64,000 nucleotides of DNA from an uncultured Chloroflexia bacterium (GCA_963734535.1 CAVTHS010000014.1:1-64000); one strand, 5' to 3'. Counted from the first letter of the stretch, positions 39,794 to 49,576 are shown. Numbers and translations: made by a program. The notes: generated by a model from the letters alone, not told the origin.

Positions 39794-40338
39794 GCGGTGA
39801 CCTCCGCGTCGGGCGGTGCGGCGGCCGTGAGCCGCCCGGGGGTCGTGAGCCGCGCGGCCGCGCGGGCGCGTGCCTCTGCCCGGCTGCGGCGCGGGCGCGG
39901 CTGGCTCGGAGCCGCCGCAGCGAGCTGGCTCCCGGTCCGTTCCCTGGGCGGCGTGGTCTGCCCGTCCGCCCCCGTGAGCATGCCGGCGAGCGAGAGCTTC
40001 CCGTACTTGAAGAGCAGGGCCCGGAAATCGCGCGAGTAGAGGAGCTTCACCGTGACACCCGGGTACAGCTCACGCAGCCGTCGCAGCTTGCGATTCTTCT
40101 TGCGGACCAGGCGCTGCTTGAGCGTGGTCAGCTCCAGGTAGACGTCGAGCTCCGGCAGGTAGAAATCTGGGCTGAAGCTCTCCAGCACTGCGCCGGAACG
40201 GTCGAACAGGATCGGGAACGTGTGCGGCTCGTATTCCCAGGCGACCGCGTAGAAGTCGAGGATCCGGGCGAGCTCAGCCTCGCTGGCATGGGCGAAGGCC
40301 GGGGCGGGCCGGCGACCGAGATCCGCGTCGAGAACCAT
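39790..40338 (-). CDS. Conserved protein with a PD-(D/E)XK-like fold, coupled to hpt
   Basis: FAHASEAELARILDFY..WEYEP.TF...FSPDFYLPELDVYLELTT...KKNRKLRRLRELYP; stop overlaps the hpt start. Confidence 0.7.
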
Positions 40339-40431
40339 CCCGGGCAGTCTAGCCGGTCGCCTCGCGGTCCGGCCGCCACACCCGGACGGGTTCGGACGAA
40401 CCCGGACGGCGGTGGAGGACCGTGGCGAGCC

Positions 40432-40450
40432 GATACCCGGGGGGAGTATC
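40432..40450. promoter_or_regulatory. CsoR-type operator
   Basis: GATAC-CCGGGGGGA-GTATC: ATAC/GTAT inverted arms around a C/G tract, the established CsoR operator architecture, 45 bp upstream of the csoR-like gene. Confidence 0.75.
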
Positions 40451-40494
40451 ATGACCCTGCGTCCACGAGCCACGCCCGCAGGAGATCGCCCGCC

Positions 40495-40902
40495 ATGACG
40501 ACCGAGAAGACCGCGCGTGCCGCCTCGCCGGTCGTCGCCGCGCACGCGGCATCGGTCGCCGCGCATGCCGCACCGCCGCCGGCGAGCCTGCCCGGCACGT
40601 TCCGCCACAGCTACTCGCGCGACCGCGCACAGCTGCTTCGCCGGCTCAGCCGGATCGAGGGGCAGGTCCGCGGGATCTCACGCATGATCGAGCGCGAGGA
40701 GTACTGCATCGACATCCTGCAGCAGACGAGCGCGCTTCGGGCCGCCGTCGACGCCGTCAGCCTTCTCGTCCTGGAGGACCACGTCCAGGGCTGCATCCGG
40801 ACCGCCGCCGAGCGAGGCGAGGCGGAGCAGTACGTTGACGAGGTGCTCGACGTGGTCCGCCGCACGCTCGGGCGACCCGTGCGGAGCGCATCCCGGGGCT
40901 GA
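40495..40902 (+). CDS. csoR: CsoR/RcnR-family metal-sensing repressor
   Basis: LLRRLSRIEGQVRGISRMIEREEYCIDILQQ...LEDHVQGC with the Cys-His-Cys copper-type ligand set; AGGAG RBS. Confidence 0.88.
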   Translation: MTTEKTARAASPVVAAHAASVAAHAAPPPASLPGTFRHSYSRDRAQLLRRLSRIEGQVRGISRMIEREEYCIDILQQTSALRAAVDAVSLLVLEDHVQGCIRTAAERGEAEQYVDEVLDVVRRTLGRPVRSASRG

Positions 40903-41033
40903 GGGCGCCGCGGACCGCCATCCCAGGGCGCATCGCCGGGCGACCCCCGGGTGTCGAGGGGGTACCTTCGGCCGCCGTCGGGTGCCCGTCGGGGGGATGG
41001 CCGAACGTGGTGCCCCGGCGCACCCTCGAGTTG

Positions 41034-42464
41034 ATGATGACCACCGATCCGCCGACCGCGACGCCGGTCCGCGTGAACCTGCCGCACATCGCCGCGCCGG
41101 CCGTGTTTCGCGAGCGTCGCGCAACCTTCCGGCGAGATGAGGACCAGCTGGTCCACGAGGAGCGCGCCCTGCTTGCCCGCGCGCTCGACATCCTGGCGGG
41201 ACCGGGCGAGGCAGACGAGCAGCTTGCCGGGATCCTGGCGATGGTCGCCCGGGTCGCCGGGGCACGACGCGCGGCCGTCGTGGTCGACCAGCCGATCCGG
41301 CACGTCACCGTCGCGATCGCCCCCGGCGAGCCCGAGGATGCCGGCGCCGCGCTTGCCGCGTGGCTCGACGCGCACGCGCCGCGGTCCGCGGCACGTCGTG
41401 CGGCCGACCCTGCCGCCCCCGTCATCGTGGTCCGCGCCCGGACCGACGCCGGGGTCCCCGCGGCGAACCGGGCACTGGCCCCGGGGGTGACCAGCACCCT
41501 CGTCACGGTCGCCGGCGAGGGCGGCGTCCACCTCGGGGTGGAGCTGCCGCCCGGGACCGATCGGGCCCTGGTTGCCACGCGACTCCCCGCCTCGACCGTG
41601 CGCCACGTCCTCGTTGCGCTCTCCCTGGCAGCGAGGCGCGCGGTGGACGATCGCGAACGAGCCGAGCTTCGCGCCCGCGACACCGAGCGGACCCGCTTCG
41701 TGTCGATGGTCGCGCACGAGCTGCGAACGCCGCTGACCGGCCTGGGCGGCTACCTGGACCTGCTCCTCGAAGGGCGGGTCACAGACGCCGGCGTGGAGCG
41801 CGAGTTCCTGGAGCGAAGTCGCCGAATGACGGAAGGGATGACCGAGCTGGTCGGCGACCTCCTCGAGATGAGCCGGATCGAGGCCGGCAGCCTGGGGCTG
41901 AAGATCGCGCCCTTCTCGCTGGCCGAAGCCTGCGCGCGCGTCCTGGACGCGCTGATGCCGATCGCTGATGCCGCCGGGCTCCGGCTCGTCCGTGCGTTGC
42001 CGCCCCGCCTCCGGCCGGCCACGGGGGACCGGCGCCGGGTCGAGCAGATCATCACGAACCTGGTCGCCAACGCGATCAAGTTCACGCCGCGCGGCGGACT
42101 CGTGGAGCTCGAGGCGCGGGCCGGCTCCACGGCCGCGTTCGTGCTCGTCCGGGACGATGGGCCGGGCGTCATGATCGAGGATCGGGCGCGGATCTTCGAA
42201 CCGTTCGTGCGCCTCGACGGCCACGATCGCATCCCCGGGACCGGTCTTGGCCTGCCGATCGCGCGGGATCTCGCTCGCGCCATGCACGGAGACCTGGGCG
42301 CCGCGAGCGTGGCAGGCACCGGTTCGACGTTCGTGCTCGCGCTTCCCGGCGCGGCCGACCGGGATGGAGCCAGCGTGGCAGCCTCCCTCGCCGCCGTCCT
42401 CGACGACGAGGAGCTGGCCCTCGAGGAACAATCGGTCCTGGCCGCCCTCCGCCGACCGGCCTGA
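41034..42464 (+). CDS. Soluble sensor histidine kinase (HisKA + HATPase)
   Basis: FVSMVAHELRTPLT H-box, QIITNLVANAIKFT, VRDDGPG, IFEPF, GTGLGLPIAR, GTGSTF; no TM helix; no adjacent response regulator. Confidence 0.9.
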   Translation: MMTTDPPTATPVRVNLPHIAAPAVFRERRATFRRDEDQLVHEERALLARALDILAGPGEADEQLAGILAMVARVAGARRAAVVVDQPIRHVTVAIAPGEPEDAGAALAAWLDAHAPRSAARRAADPAAPVIVVRARTDAGVPAANRALAPGVTSTLVTVAGEGGVHLGVELPPGTDRALVATRLPASTVRHVLVALSLAARRAVDDRERAELRARDTERTRFVSMVAHELRTPLTGLGGYLDLLLEGRVTDAGVEREFLERSRRMTEGMTELVGDLLEMSRIEAGSLGLKIAPFSLAEACARVLDALMPIADAAGLRLVRALPPRLRPATGDRRRVEQIITNLVANAIKFTPRGGLVELEARAGSTAAFVLVRDDGPGVMIEDRARIFEPFVRLDGHDRIPGTGLGLPIARDLARAMHGDLGAASVAGTGSTFVLALPGAADRDGASVAASLAAVLDDEELALEEQSVLAALRRPA

Positions 42465-42495
42465 CGGCCTTTCCGCGGGGGATCGGCCACGCGGG

Positions 42496-42547
42496 TTGTC
42501 CACATTCACTGGCGGCCACCGCGAGTTCGTGGATAAGCCCGTTGACA
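42496..42547. promoter_or_regulatory. Two DnaA-box-like 9-mers and a TTGACA hexamer upstream of rsmG
   Basis: TTGTCCACA (42496-42504), CGTGGATAA (= TTATCCACG on the minus strand, 42528-42536), TTGACA (42542-42547). Confidence 0.5.
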
Positions 42548-42687
42548 CGCCGGGTGGGCCGGACGGACGATCCCAGTCCGCATCGACCGCGGACCAACGA
42601 CGGGGACCGTTGCCCGCGTGGGGCCCAGGGGAAACCCGGCCACGAACCGCGCCGGCAGCCTGAGACCGTCGATGTCACGTCGGCCGC

Positions 42688-43537
42688 GTGCGAGTCGAAC
42701 ATCGGCCGGGAGACGGCGCGGTCGGGAGCGAGGCCGGAGATTCCAGCTGGAGGGTCCGGAGGCTGCACGATCGCGCGCCGCTCCCGGCTGATCCGTCCGG
42801 GTGCCCCGCCCTTCCGGCGGATGCCCGCGTCGCCCTCGACGAGGGCCTGGCGGCGATGGGTCTCGGCAGTCTCCCGTCGCCGGCCGTGGCGGCCCTCGCC
42901 GACCACCTGCGCATGCTCCTGGCGTGGAACGCCGCCGTGAACCTGACGGCGATCCGCGATCCCCTCGCGAGCGGTGTCCGCTCACGTGCTCGACGCCCTG
43001 TCGGCGCTGCCCGTGCTCCGCGCGCGCGGCATCCGCGCGCTCGTGGACCTGGGCTCGGGCGGCGGCTACCCCGGCCTGCCGCTGGCGATCGCGCTGCCCG
43101 CCGAGCGCGCACTGCTGGTCGAATCGATCGGCAAGAAGGCTCGCTTCCTGGCGACCTCGGTCGCGGGGCTGGGCCTCGCCGGGCGCGTCGACGTCGCCGC
43201 GGAGCGGGCCGAGGCGCTGGCTGCCGACGGGCGCCACCGGGAGCGCTGGCCGGCCGTGACGGCGCGTGCCGTGGGATCCCTCGGGGACCTCGTCGAGCTC
43301 TCCTTCCCGCTGCTCGCGCCCGGCGGCATCCTCGTGGCGTGGAAGGGGCCGGCGATCGGCGAGGAGCGCGACCGGGCGATGCCCGCCCTGGCCGCGCTCG
43401 GTGGCGGCACGCTCGAGGTCATCGACGCGGCGCCGCCGGCGCCGGCGGGCCATGTCCTCGTGGTCTGTCGCAAGGCGGGCCGTACCGCTCGCGCCTGGCC
43501 ACGGCCTCCGGCGGAGCGAACCCGCCACCCGTGGTGA
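42688..43537 (+). CDS. rsmG: 16S rRNA m7G527 methyltransferase; frameshift near 42975
   Basis: LLAWNAAVNLTAIRDP in one frame, then HVLDAL...LVDLGSGGGYPGLPLAI...ESIGKKARFL...RAE...VTARAV...AWKG; start uncertain. Confidence 0.9.
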
Positions 43538-43575
43538 GCGATGGATCCACCTCGCGAGGCTGCTAGGCTCCCCTG

Positions 43576-44298
43576 ATGCGGATCGCGGTCCTCTCGGACA
43601 TCCACGCCAATCTGCCCGCGCTCGAAGCCGTGCTCAAGGCTCTCGGGCACGTCGACGCCGTCTGGCACCTCGGCGACGTGGTCGGCTACGGGCCGCAGCC
43701 GGACGAGGTCGTGGCGCGCCTGGAGGAGCTCGGCGCGGTCGGCGTGCGGGGGAACCACGACGCGGCTGCGCTCGACCCGGAGATGGCGGAGTGGTTCAAC
43801 CCGGACGCACGCCGCGCCATCGAGTGGACGGCCCGGCGGATCAGCCCGGCCACTCGTGCCTGGCTCGGCGCGCTCCCCGATCGGCGGGAGCTCGAGGGCC
43901 TGACCCTGGTCCACGGCAGTCCCCGCGACCCCACCTGGGAGTACGTGATGACGGGGACCGAGGCCCGCGCGAACCTGCCGGCGTTCGGCACGCTGCATCT
44001 CTTCCACGGCCACACGCACATTCCCATCGCCTTCCGCGAAGACGGCGGGAGGATGGAGACGCTCGGCCCGCGGGACGGCGGCTCGTTGATCCTCGACGAT
44101 CGACGGGTGCTCGCCAACCCGGGCAGCGTCGGCCAGCCCCGCGACGGCGACCCGCGTGCGAGCGCGATGGTCCTGGACACGGAGACGTCGACACTGACAT
44201 GGCGCCGGGTTGCCTACCCGATCGCCGCGACGCAGGCGGCCATGCGCGCACTCGGCCTTCCGGCTCGGCTCGTGACGCGCCTCGAACGGGGACTCTGA
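43576..44298 (+). CDS. Metallophosphoesterase (calcineurin-like)
   Basis: SDIHAN, LGDVVGYG, RGNHD, HGSP, GHTH, NPGSVGQPRDGDPRAS. Confidence 0.93.
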   Translation: MRIAVLSDIHANLPALEAVLKALGHVDAVWHLGDVVGYGPQPDEVVARLEELGAVGVRGNHDAAALDPEMAEWFNPDARRAIEWTARRISPATRAWLGALPDRRELEGLTLVHGSPRDPTWEYVMTGTEARANLPAFGTLHLFHGHTHIPIAFREDGGRMETLGPRDGGSLILDDRRVLANPGSVGQPRDGDPRASAMVLDTETSTLTWRRVAYPIAATQAAMRALGLPARLVTRLERGL

Positions 44299-44330
44299 TC
44301 GCCGGCGGCGACCGCGGCGGACCGCGGCGG

Positions 44331-44339
44331 TGGTATAAC
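44331..44339 (+). promoter_or_regulatory. Extended -10 promoter element
   Basis: TGgTATAAC about 60 bp upstream of the permease start. Confidence 0.45.
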
Positions 44340-44401
44340 CATGGTCTTGCCCTCGGCCGTCGCGACAGCGCTGGCCCCTACGTTCGAGTGACAACCTTCG
44401 C

Positions 44402-46474
44402 ATGATCGGTGGTCGCCGGCCCCTGCAGGGCCGCAAGATCGGGGATCGGCGCGTCCGCGTGGATCGACCGCACTCCCCGTACTTCCGCTACACCGGCGCG
44501 GGGATGCTCACGGCGAAGGAGGCGGCGACCGCGCCGCGCACCGGCGTCGCGCTGGTCTGGTCGCACCTGCGCCGTTCTCTGTTCGGCCGTCCCCTCTCGA
44601 ACGAGGACGAGGCGGAGGAGCGCCTGCCCAAGAAGCTCGCCCTGCCGATCTTCAGCTCGGATGCGATCTCGTCGTCCGCATATGCGACGGAGGAGATCCT
44701 TCGCGTGCTCGTGGTCGCCGGGGCGGCGGCGCTCGCGCTGTCCGTCGAGGTGGCGATCGCGATCGCGATTCTTCTCACCGTCGTCTCGATCAGCTACCGG
44801 CAGGTATGCCGCGCCTACCCGTCCGGCGGTGGCGCCTACGTGGTGGCTCGCGAGAACCTCTCACAGACGGCCGGGCTGGTGGCAGCCGGCGCCCTCCTGA
44901 TCGACTACGTCATGACGGTCGCGGTCTCGACTGCGTCGGCGATCCAGCAGATCCAGTCGATCATCCCCGCCGCGTACGACTACCGGATCGAGATCGCCTT
45001 CGCGTCCATCGCCCTCATCACGATCGGCAACCTCCGCGGCCTCCGCGAATCGGGCAACATCTTCGCGTTCCCCACCTACCTCTTCGTCGCCCTCGCCATC
45101 GGGGTGGTCGTGATCGGCCTGTCGCGCATCGTCACCGGGACTGTTCCCGTGCTGCCGCCGCAGCCCGAGGTGGTACGTCCCGGCGTCGAGGTCCTGACGA
45201 TCTTCCTGCTGCTGAAGGCCTTCGCGGGCGGCTCCGTGGCGCTCACGGGCGTGGAGGCGATCGCCAACGGCGTCCCGGCGTTCAAGCCACCGGAGGCGAA
45301 GAACGCGGCCAACACCATGGTCACGATGGCGTTCCTCCTGGGGGCGATCTTCATCGGCGTCACGGTTGTCGCGCACGCGTTCGCGATCCTCCCGTCGGAG
45401 GACAACTCGGGAGGCCCCACCGTCATCGCGCTCGTCGCCCAGTCTGCCTACGGCCAGGCCTCGCCCCTCTTCTACGTCTTCCAGGGGGCAACCGCGCTGA
45501 TCCTCTTCCTGGCTGCGAACACGAGCTTCAACGCGTTCCCGCGGCTCGCCGCGATCCTGGCCCAGGACGGGTTCATGCCGAGCCAGTTCGCCTTCCGGGG
45601 TGACCGGCTGGCCTTCAGCTGGGGGATCGTGCTCCTGGCCGCCATCGCGTTCGGGCTTCTCTTCGCCTTCAACGGCGACACCCACGCCCTCATCCCGCTC
45701 TACTCGGTGGGGGTCTTCGTCTGCTTCACGCTGTCGCAGACCGGGATGGTCCGCCACTGGCTGGCCGTGCGCGAGGCCGGCTGGTGGTGGCGCGCCAGCG
45801 TCAACGCGTTCGGCGGGCTGCTCACCCTGGTGGTGCTCCTCGTGGTGGCGAGCGTCAAGTTCCGTGACGGGGCCTGGCTCGTCCTCGTCCTGATCCCGCT
45901 GCTCGTGCTCCTCTTCCAGTTCATCCACCGGCAGTACGCGACATCACGCCGGCAGCTCGCGTTGCGTCCGGACCAGGTCGTCGCTGCGCCGCATCGGGAA
46001 GAGCGCGTCGTCGTGCCGATCAGCGGACTGAGCCGGGCGGTGGTCCAGGCGGTCAACGTCGGCCGGTCGATCTCGCCCGATGTCCGGGCCGTCCTCGTCG
46101 TCGACGACCACGCCTACGCGGAGCAGGTCCGCGACGAGTGGGCGCGCCAGGTCCCGGGCGTCTCGCTGGTCATCGTGGAGTCGCCCTACCGGGCGCTGAC
46201 GGGCCCATTCCTCGCCTACCTCGACGTGCTCGACCAGGCCTGGACCCCGGACAAGGATGCGCCGATCACGTTCGTGGTGATCCCGGAGTACGTCCCGCGC
46301 CACTGGTGGGAGCGGATCCTCTACAACCAGTCCACCAGCCAGCTCCGTCGGGCGCTGCTGGGCCGCCCGAACACCGTCATCACGAACGTCCCCTATCGGG
46401 GCGAGGAACCGGCGGTCTTCGAGCGTCGTGGGCGCCTCGACCCGCACACGCCCCCGGACACCTCGGGCGACTGA
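44402..46474 (+). CDS. APC-superfamily permease, KimA/YdaO-like K+ transporter
   Basis: LFGRPL, LPIFSSDAISSSAYATEEIL, YPSGGGAY, IDYVMTVAVS, NLRGLRESG, LTGVEAIANG, LIPLYSVGVF, C-terminal ESPYR cytoplasmic domain. Confidence 0.9.
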   Translation: MIGGRRPLQGRKIGDRRVRVDRPHSPYFRYTGAGMLTAKEAATAPRTGVALVWSHLRRSLFGRPLSNEDEAEERLPKKLALPIFSSDAISSSAYATEEILRVLVVAGAAALALSVEVAIAIAILLTVVSISYRQVCRAYPSGGGAYVVARENLSQTAGLVAAGALLIDYVMTVAVSTASAIQQIQSIIPAAYDYRIEIAFASIALITIGNLRGLRESGNIFAFPTYLFVALAIGVVVIGLSRIVTGTVPVLPPQPEVVRPGVEVLTIFLLLKAFAGGSVALTGVEAIANGVPAFKPPEAKNAANTMVTMAFLLGAIFIGVTVVAHAFAILPSEDNSGGPTVIALVAQSAYGQASPLFYVFQGATALILFLAANTSFNAFPRLAAILAQDGFMPSQFAFRGDRLAFSWGIVLLAAIAFGLLFAFNGDTHALIPLYSVGVFVCFTLSQTGMVRHWLAVREAGWWWRASVNAFGGLLTLVVLLVVASVKFRDGAWLVLVLIPLLVLLFQFIHRQYATSRRQLALRPDQVVAAPHREERVVVPISGLSRAVVQAVNVGRSISPDVRAVLVVDDHAYAEQVRDEWARQVPGVSLVIVESPYRALTGPFLAYLDVLDQAWTPDKDAPITFVVIPEYVPRHWWERILYNQSTSQLRRALLGRPNTVITNVPYRGEEPAVFERRGRLDPHTPPDTSGD

Positions 46475-46596
46475 GACGGCCGCCGACCGGCGCCCCTCGT
46501 CGAGCACGGTGGTATCGTTGAAGCCTGACGGAGCCCACCCGTCGCGGCCCGCATCTCCGGGCCCCGTCCTGCTGACCAAGAGGTCGCCCCCGCCCC

Positions 46597-47058
46597 GTGG
46601 CCGACAAGCCAGTCGCGCTCTACACCCGCGTCGTCGTCGCTCTCAACGGCGGCCCGTGCGACGATCGGATCGTCCGTCTCGTGGTCGAGACGGCACGCTC
46701 GACGAGGGCGGAGATCGTGGCCATCCATGTCGTGGAGATCGACTGGACGCTGCCCCTCGACGCCAACGTCGCCGACCGCTCGGAGAGCGCCCAGCGCGTC
46801 CTCGACTCGGCCGAGGGGATCGCCGAGCGCCTCCGCGGCACGCTCGAGCCCGTCCTGGTCCAGGCCCGCGACGTGGGTGCCGCGATCGTCGACGAAGCGG
46901 TCGAACGGGGGGCGGACCTGCTGATCGTGGGGCTTCCGTATCGGAAGCGCTTCGGCGGGGACTTCGCGATCGGGCGAACCGTCCCGTACGTGCTCAAGAA
47001 CGCGCCGTGCGCCGTCTGGGTGGTGCGCGAGCCGATGCCAGGGGAGATCCACGCATGA
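46597..47058 (+). CDS. Universal stress protein (USP)
   Basis: VVVALNG, AIHVVE, AIVDEAVERGADLLIVG, GRTVPYVLKNAPCAVWVVR. Confidence 0.9.
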   Translation: MADKPVALYTRVVVALNGGPCDDRIVRLVVETARSTRAEIVAIHVVEIDWTLPLDANVADRSESAQRVLDSAEGIAERLRGTLEPVLVQARDVGAAIVDEAVERGADLLIVGLPYRKRFGGDFAIGRTVPYVLKNAPCAVWVVREPMPGEIHA

Positions 47059-47543
47059 AAGCGGTCATCGTCGGCTGCGGACGGGTCGGGGGAGTCCTCG
47101 CCTCGGCGCTCGATGCGACGGGCCACGACGTCATCATCATCGACCTCCTGACCCGGGCGTTCGACCGCCTTCCGGCGACGTTCGGGGGCGAGGCCGTCCG
47201 GGCAGACGGCACGGACGAGGATGCGCTCCGCCGCGCCGGCGCCGACGGGGCGGACTTCTTCGTTGCCCTGACCGAGGGTGACAACCGCAACATCATGGCG
47301 GCGCAGCTCGCCCGCGAGGCGTTCGGAATCGGGACCGTCTACGCGAAGGTGAACGATCCGATGCGCGCGGAGGCGTATGCCGAGCTGGGAATCGGGACGG
47401 TGTGCCGGACGACGATGATGGCCGACGCGCTGCTCGGCGCGATGAAGCTCCCGGCCGGAAGCGATCCGTCGGTGCGCTCGGGCGCCGACCATGATCACCC
47501 GCCCATCGGGAATGCCGCGGCCACCGGGCAGCTGGAGGCCTGA
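47055..47543 (+). CDS. TrkA/KtrA-family RCK_N potassium-uptake regulatory subunit
   Basis: KAVIVGCGRVG, DGTDEDALRRAG, ALTEGDNRNIM. Confidence 0.9.
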   Translation: MKAVIVGCGRVGGVLASALDATGHDVIIIDLLTRAFDRLPATFGGEAVRADGTDEDALRRAGADGADFFVALTEGDNRNIMAAQLAREAFGIGTVYAKVNDPMRAEAYAELGIGTVCRTTMMADALLGAMKLPAGSDPSVRSGADHDHPPIGNAAATGQLEA

Positions 47544-47545
47544 GG

Positions 47546-48214
47546 ATGTTCGTCCTTGTCGTAGGCGGGGGGAAGGTCGGCTACTACCTGACGCGTGAGC
47601 TCTCCGAGTCCGGCCACGAAGTGGTGCTCATGGAGAAGGATCGCGGGCGAGCCGACCAGATCGCCGATGAGATCGGGTCGATCGTGGTCGCGAAGGACGG
47701 CTGCGAGGGAAGCGCCCTCGCCGACGCGGGAGCAAACCGCGCGGATGTCGTCGCCGCCGTCACCGGCGACGACGAGGACAACCTGGTCATCTGTCAGATG
47801 GCGAAGCACCATTTCGCCGTCCCGAAGACGATCGCCCGGGTCAACAACCCGAAGAACGAGCCGCTCTTCAAGCATCTCGGGGTGGACGAGCTGATCTCGC
47901 CGACCCGGATGATCCTCGGCTCGATCGAGCAGGACATCCCGGTCCACGAGCTGCTGCACCTGGCACCGCTCTCGCACGAGTTCGAGCTCGTCGAGGCGCA
48001 GCTCACCGTCGAGTCGCCCGCGGTCGGGAGGACGCTCCTGCAGCTGCAGCTGCCGAGCGGCTGCTCGGTGGTGGCCCTCGTCCGGGACGAGATCGCCCAG
48101 GCCGTGGGTCCCGATACCGTCTTCCGGGCGGGAGACAAGGTGATCGCCGCCGGCCGCGCCGAGTGCGAGCCCGCCCTCCATGGGACGCTCATCGGGGCCT
48201 TGCCGGTCGCATAG
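47546..48214 (+). CDS. trkA: TrkA-family potassium-uptake protein (RCK_N + RCK_C)
   Basis: VVGGGKVG, AVTGDDEDNL, IARVNNPKN, C-terminal RCK_C (LPSGCSVVALVRD...GDKV). Confidence 0.9.
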   Translation: MFVLVVGGGKVGYYLTRELSESGHEVVLMEKDRGRADQIADEIGSIVVAKDGCEGSALADAGANRADVVAAVTGDDEDNLVICQMAKHHFAVPKTIARVNNPKNEPLFKHLGVDELISPTRMILGSIEQDIPVHELLHLAPLSHEFELVEAQLTVESPAVGRTLLQLQLPSGCSVVALVRDEIAQAVGPDTVFRAGDKVIAAGRAECEPALHGTLIGALPVA

Positions 48215-48539
48215 CCCGGCGGGTCCCGGGCGGCGTCGCGGGCCGCCTCAGGTGGCGGGGGCGCGCCGGCGCGTCGCTGGGGGTGGGCTCGCACGCCGCA
48301 ACCCAAGCGCTTCGCACCATGCTCGCCGTTCCCCGGGCCCGGGGCGTGCACCGGTTGATCAGTGCGACCGACGGCCGCGTCGCCGGTCGCGATCCTGCAT
48401 CACGGGCTGTGCCGCCGGACCGCCGGGCGGTCATTCGGGTCGTCGGACGCACGCTTCCGTCGTGCAGGGGCCCCCTCGCCGGTCGCAGTGGTCATGGGGT
48501 GCACACGCGATCCCGTACGGACACCATCGCGCCGAACTC

Positions 48540-48569
48540 TTGACAACGACATTGTCATGGTTCCATACT
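48540..48569 (+). promoter_or_regulatory. Heat-shock operon promoter with an overlapping palindromic operator
   Basis: TTGACA (48540-48545)-18 bp-CATACT (48564-48569); perfect inverted repeat TGACAA-cgaca-TTGTCA (48541-48557). Confidence 0.7.
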
Positions 48570-48700
48570 TTGCCCGTGTCCGGAAGGATAGCAGCCTGAT
48601 GGATCCCGTCAGGTCGACCGCGAGGCCATCGGCCCATCGTTCCGGCCACCCGCCAGCGCGGCGGGAGCCAATCCAGCCACAGCACCCGGAGGTGCCAGCA

Positions 48701-49195
48701 ATGACCATCATCCGTCGATCAAGCCCCTGGGACGACTTCTTCACGCTCCGTCGGGGCATGGAGCGGCTCTTCGACGACGACGCCAGGCCGCGGTTCTTTC
48801 GAGCGACGCTTGCCGGGGCCGAGCCGGCCCTCGACGTGACGACGAACAAGGACGAACTGGTCGTGAAGGCCAGCCTCGCCGGCTGGAGCCCCGAGGACGT
48901 GGAGATCACGCTCACCGGGAACACGCTCACGATCTCCGGCGAGCAGAAGCAGGAGGAACGCCGTGAGGAAGGCTCCTGGATCCTGAACGAGATCCGGCGC
49001 GGCAGCTTCAGCCGCACGCTGGAGCTGCCCGAGGGCCTGGTCGGCGATCGCGCCACCGCCAGCTTCGAGCACGGAATGCTCACGCTCCGCATCCCGAAGG
49101 CCGACGAGATCAAGCCGAAGCAGATCAGGATCTCGGCCACGTCGGCGCCGGACAAGCCCGAGCCCGATCTCGTCGGGGCGGGCAGCCGCCGCTGA
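48701..49195 (+). CDS. Hsp20/alpha-crystallin small heat-shock protein
   Basis: PALDV...VVKASLAG..PEDVEITL..NTLTISGE, EIRRGSFSRTLELP, ATASFEHGMLTLRIPK; GGAGG RBS. Confidence 0.94.
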   Translation: MTIIRRSSPWDDFFTLRRGMERLFDDDARPRFFRATLAGAEPALDVTTNKDELVVKASLAGWSPEDVEITLTGNTLTISGEQKQEERREEGSWILNEIRRGSFSRTLELPEGLVGDRATASFEHGMLTLRIPKADEIKPKQIRISATSAPDKPEPDLVGAGSRR

Positions 49196-49207
49196 GCGGA
49201 CGGACCA

Positions 49208-49576
49208 GTGCAGCGGAGCCGGTTCGATCGGGATCCCGAGCGCCCCGTCTACGTGATCTCCGTGGCGGCCCGCATCGTCGCGGTCCATCCGCGGACGCTC
49301 CGGATCTACGAGGACGAGGGCCTGATCGAGCCGGCCCGCACGCCGACGAACATCCGCCTCTATTCAGACCACGACCTGCGCCGGATCCTGTGGATCCGGC
49401 ACCTCACCCAGGACCGGGGGGTCAACCTGGCCGGGGTCCGGATCCTCTTCGAGCTCGAAGAGCGACTCGGGGTCCGGATCCTTGAAGCCCTCTCGGACGA
49501 ATGGACTGCCGGCGACCGCGCTTCCGCGGCCACGGCCGAACCCGAACCCGAACCCGCTGGACCGCATGGGTTCTGA
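49208..49576 (+). CDS. hspR: HspR-like MerR-family heat-shock repressor
   Basis: PVYVISVAARIVAVHPRTLRIYEDEGLIEPART..NIRLYS..DL...LTQDRGVNLAGV; chaperone-operon context. Confidence 0.85.
   Translation: MQRSRFDRDPERPVYVISVAARIVAVHPRTLRIYEDEGLIEPARTPTNIRLYSDHDLRRILWIRHLTQDRGVNLAGVRILFELEERLGVRILEALSDEWTAGDRASAATAEPEPEPAGPHGF

Noticed and set aside
42465-42690. Replication origin (oriC)
   Set aside because: Only two DnaA-like boxes, no AT-rich unwinding region, and no dnaA/dnaN/parAB in the window.
44299-44401. c-di-AMP (ydaO) riboswitch upstream of the KimA-like gene
   Set aside because: Only about 60 nt lie between the extended -10 and the start codon, too short, and no motif was recognised.
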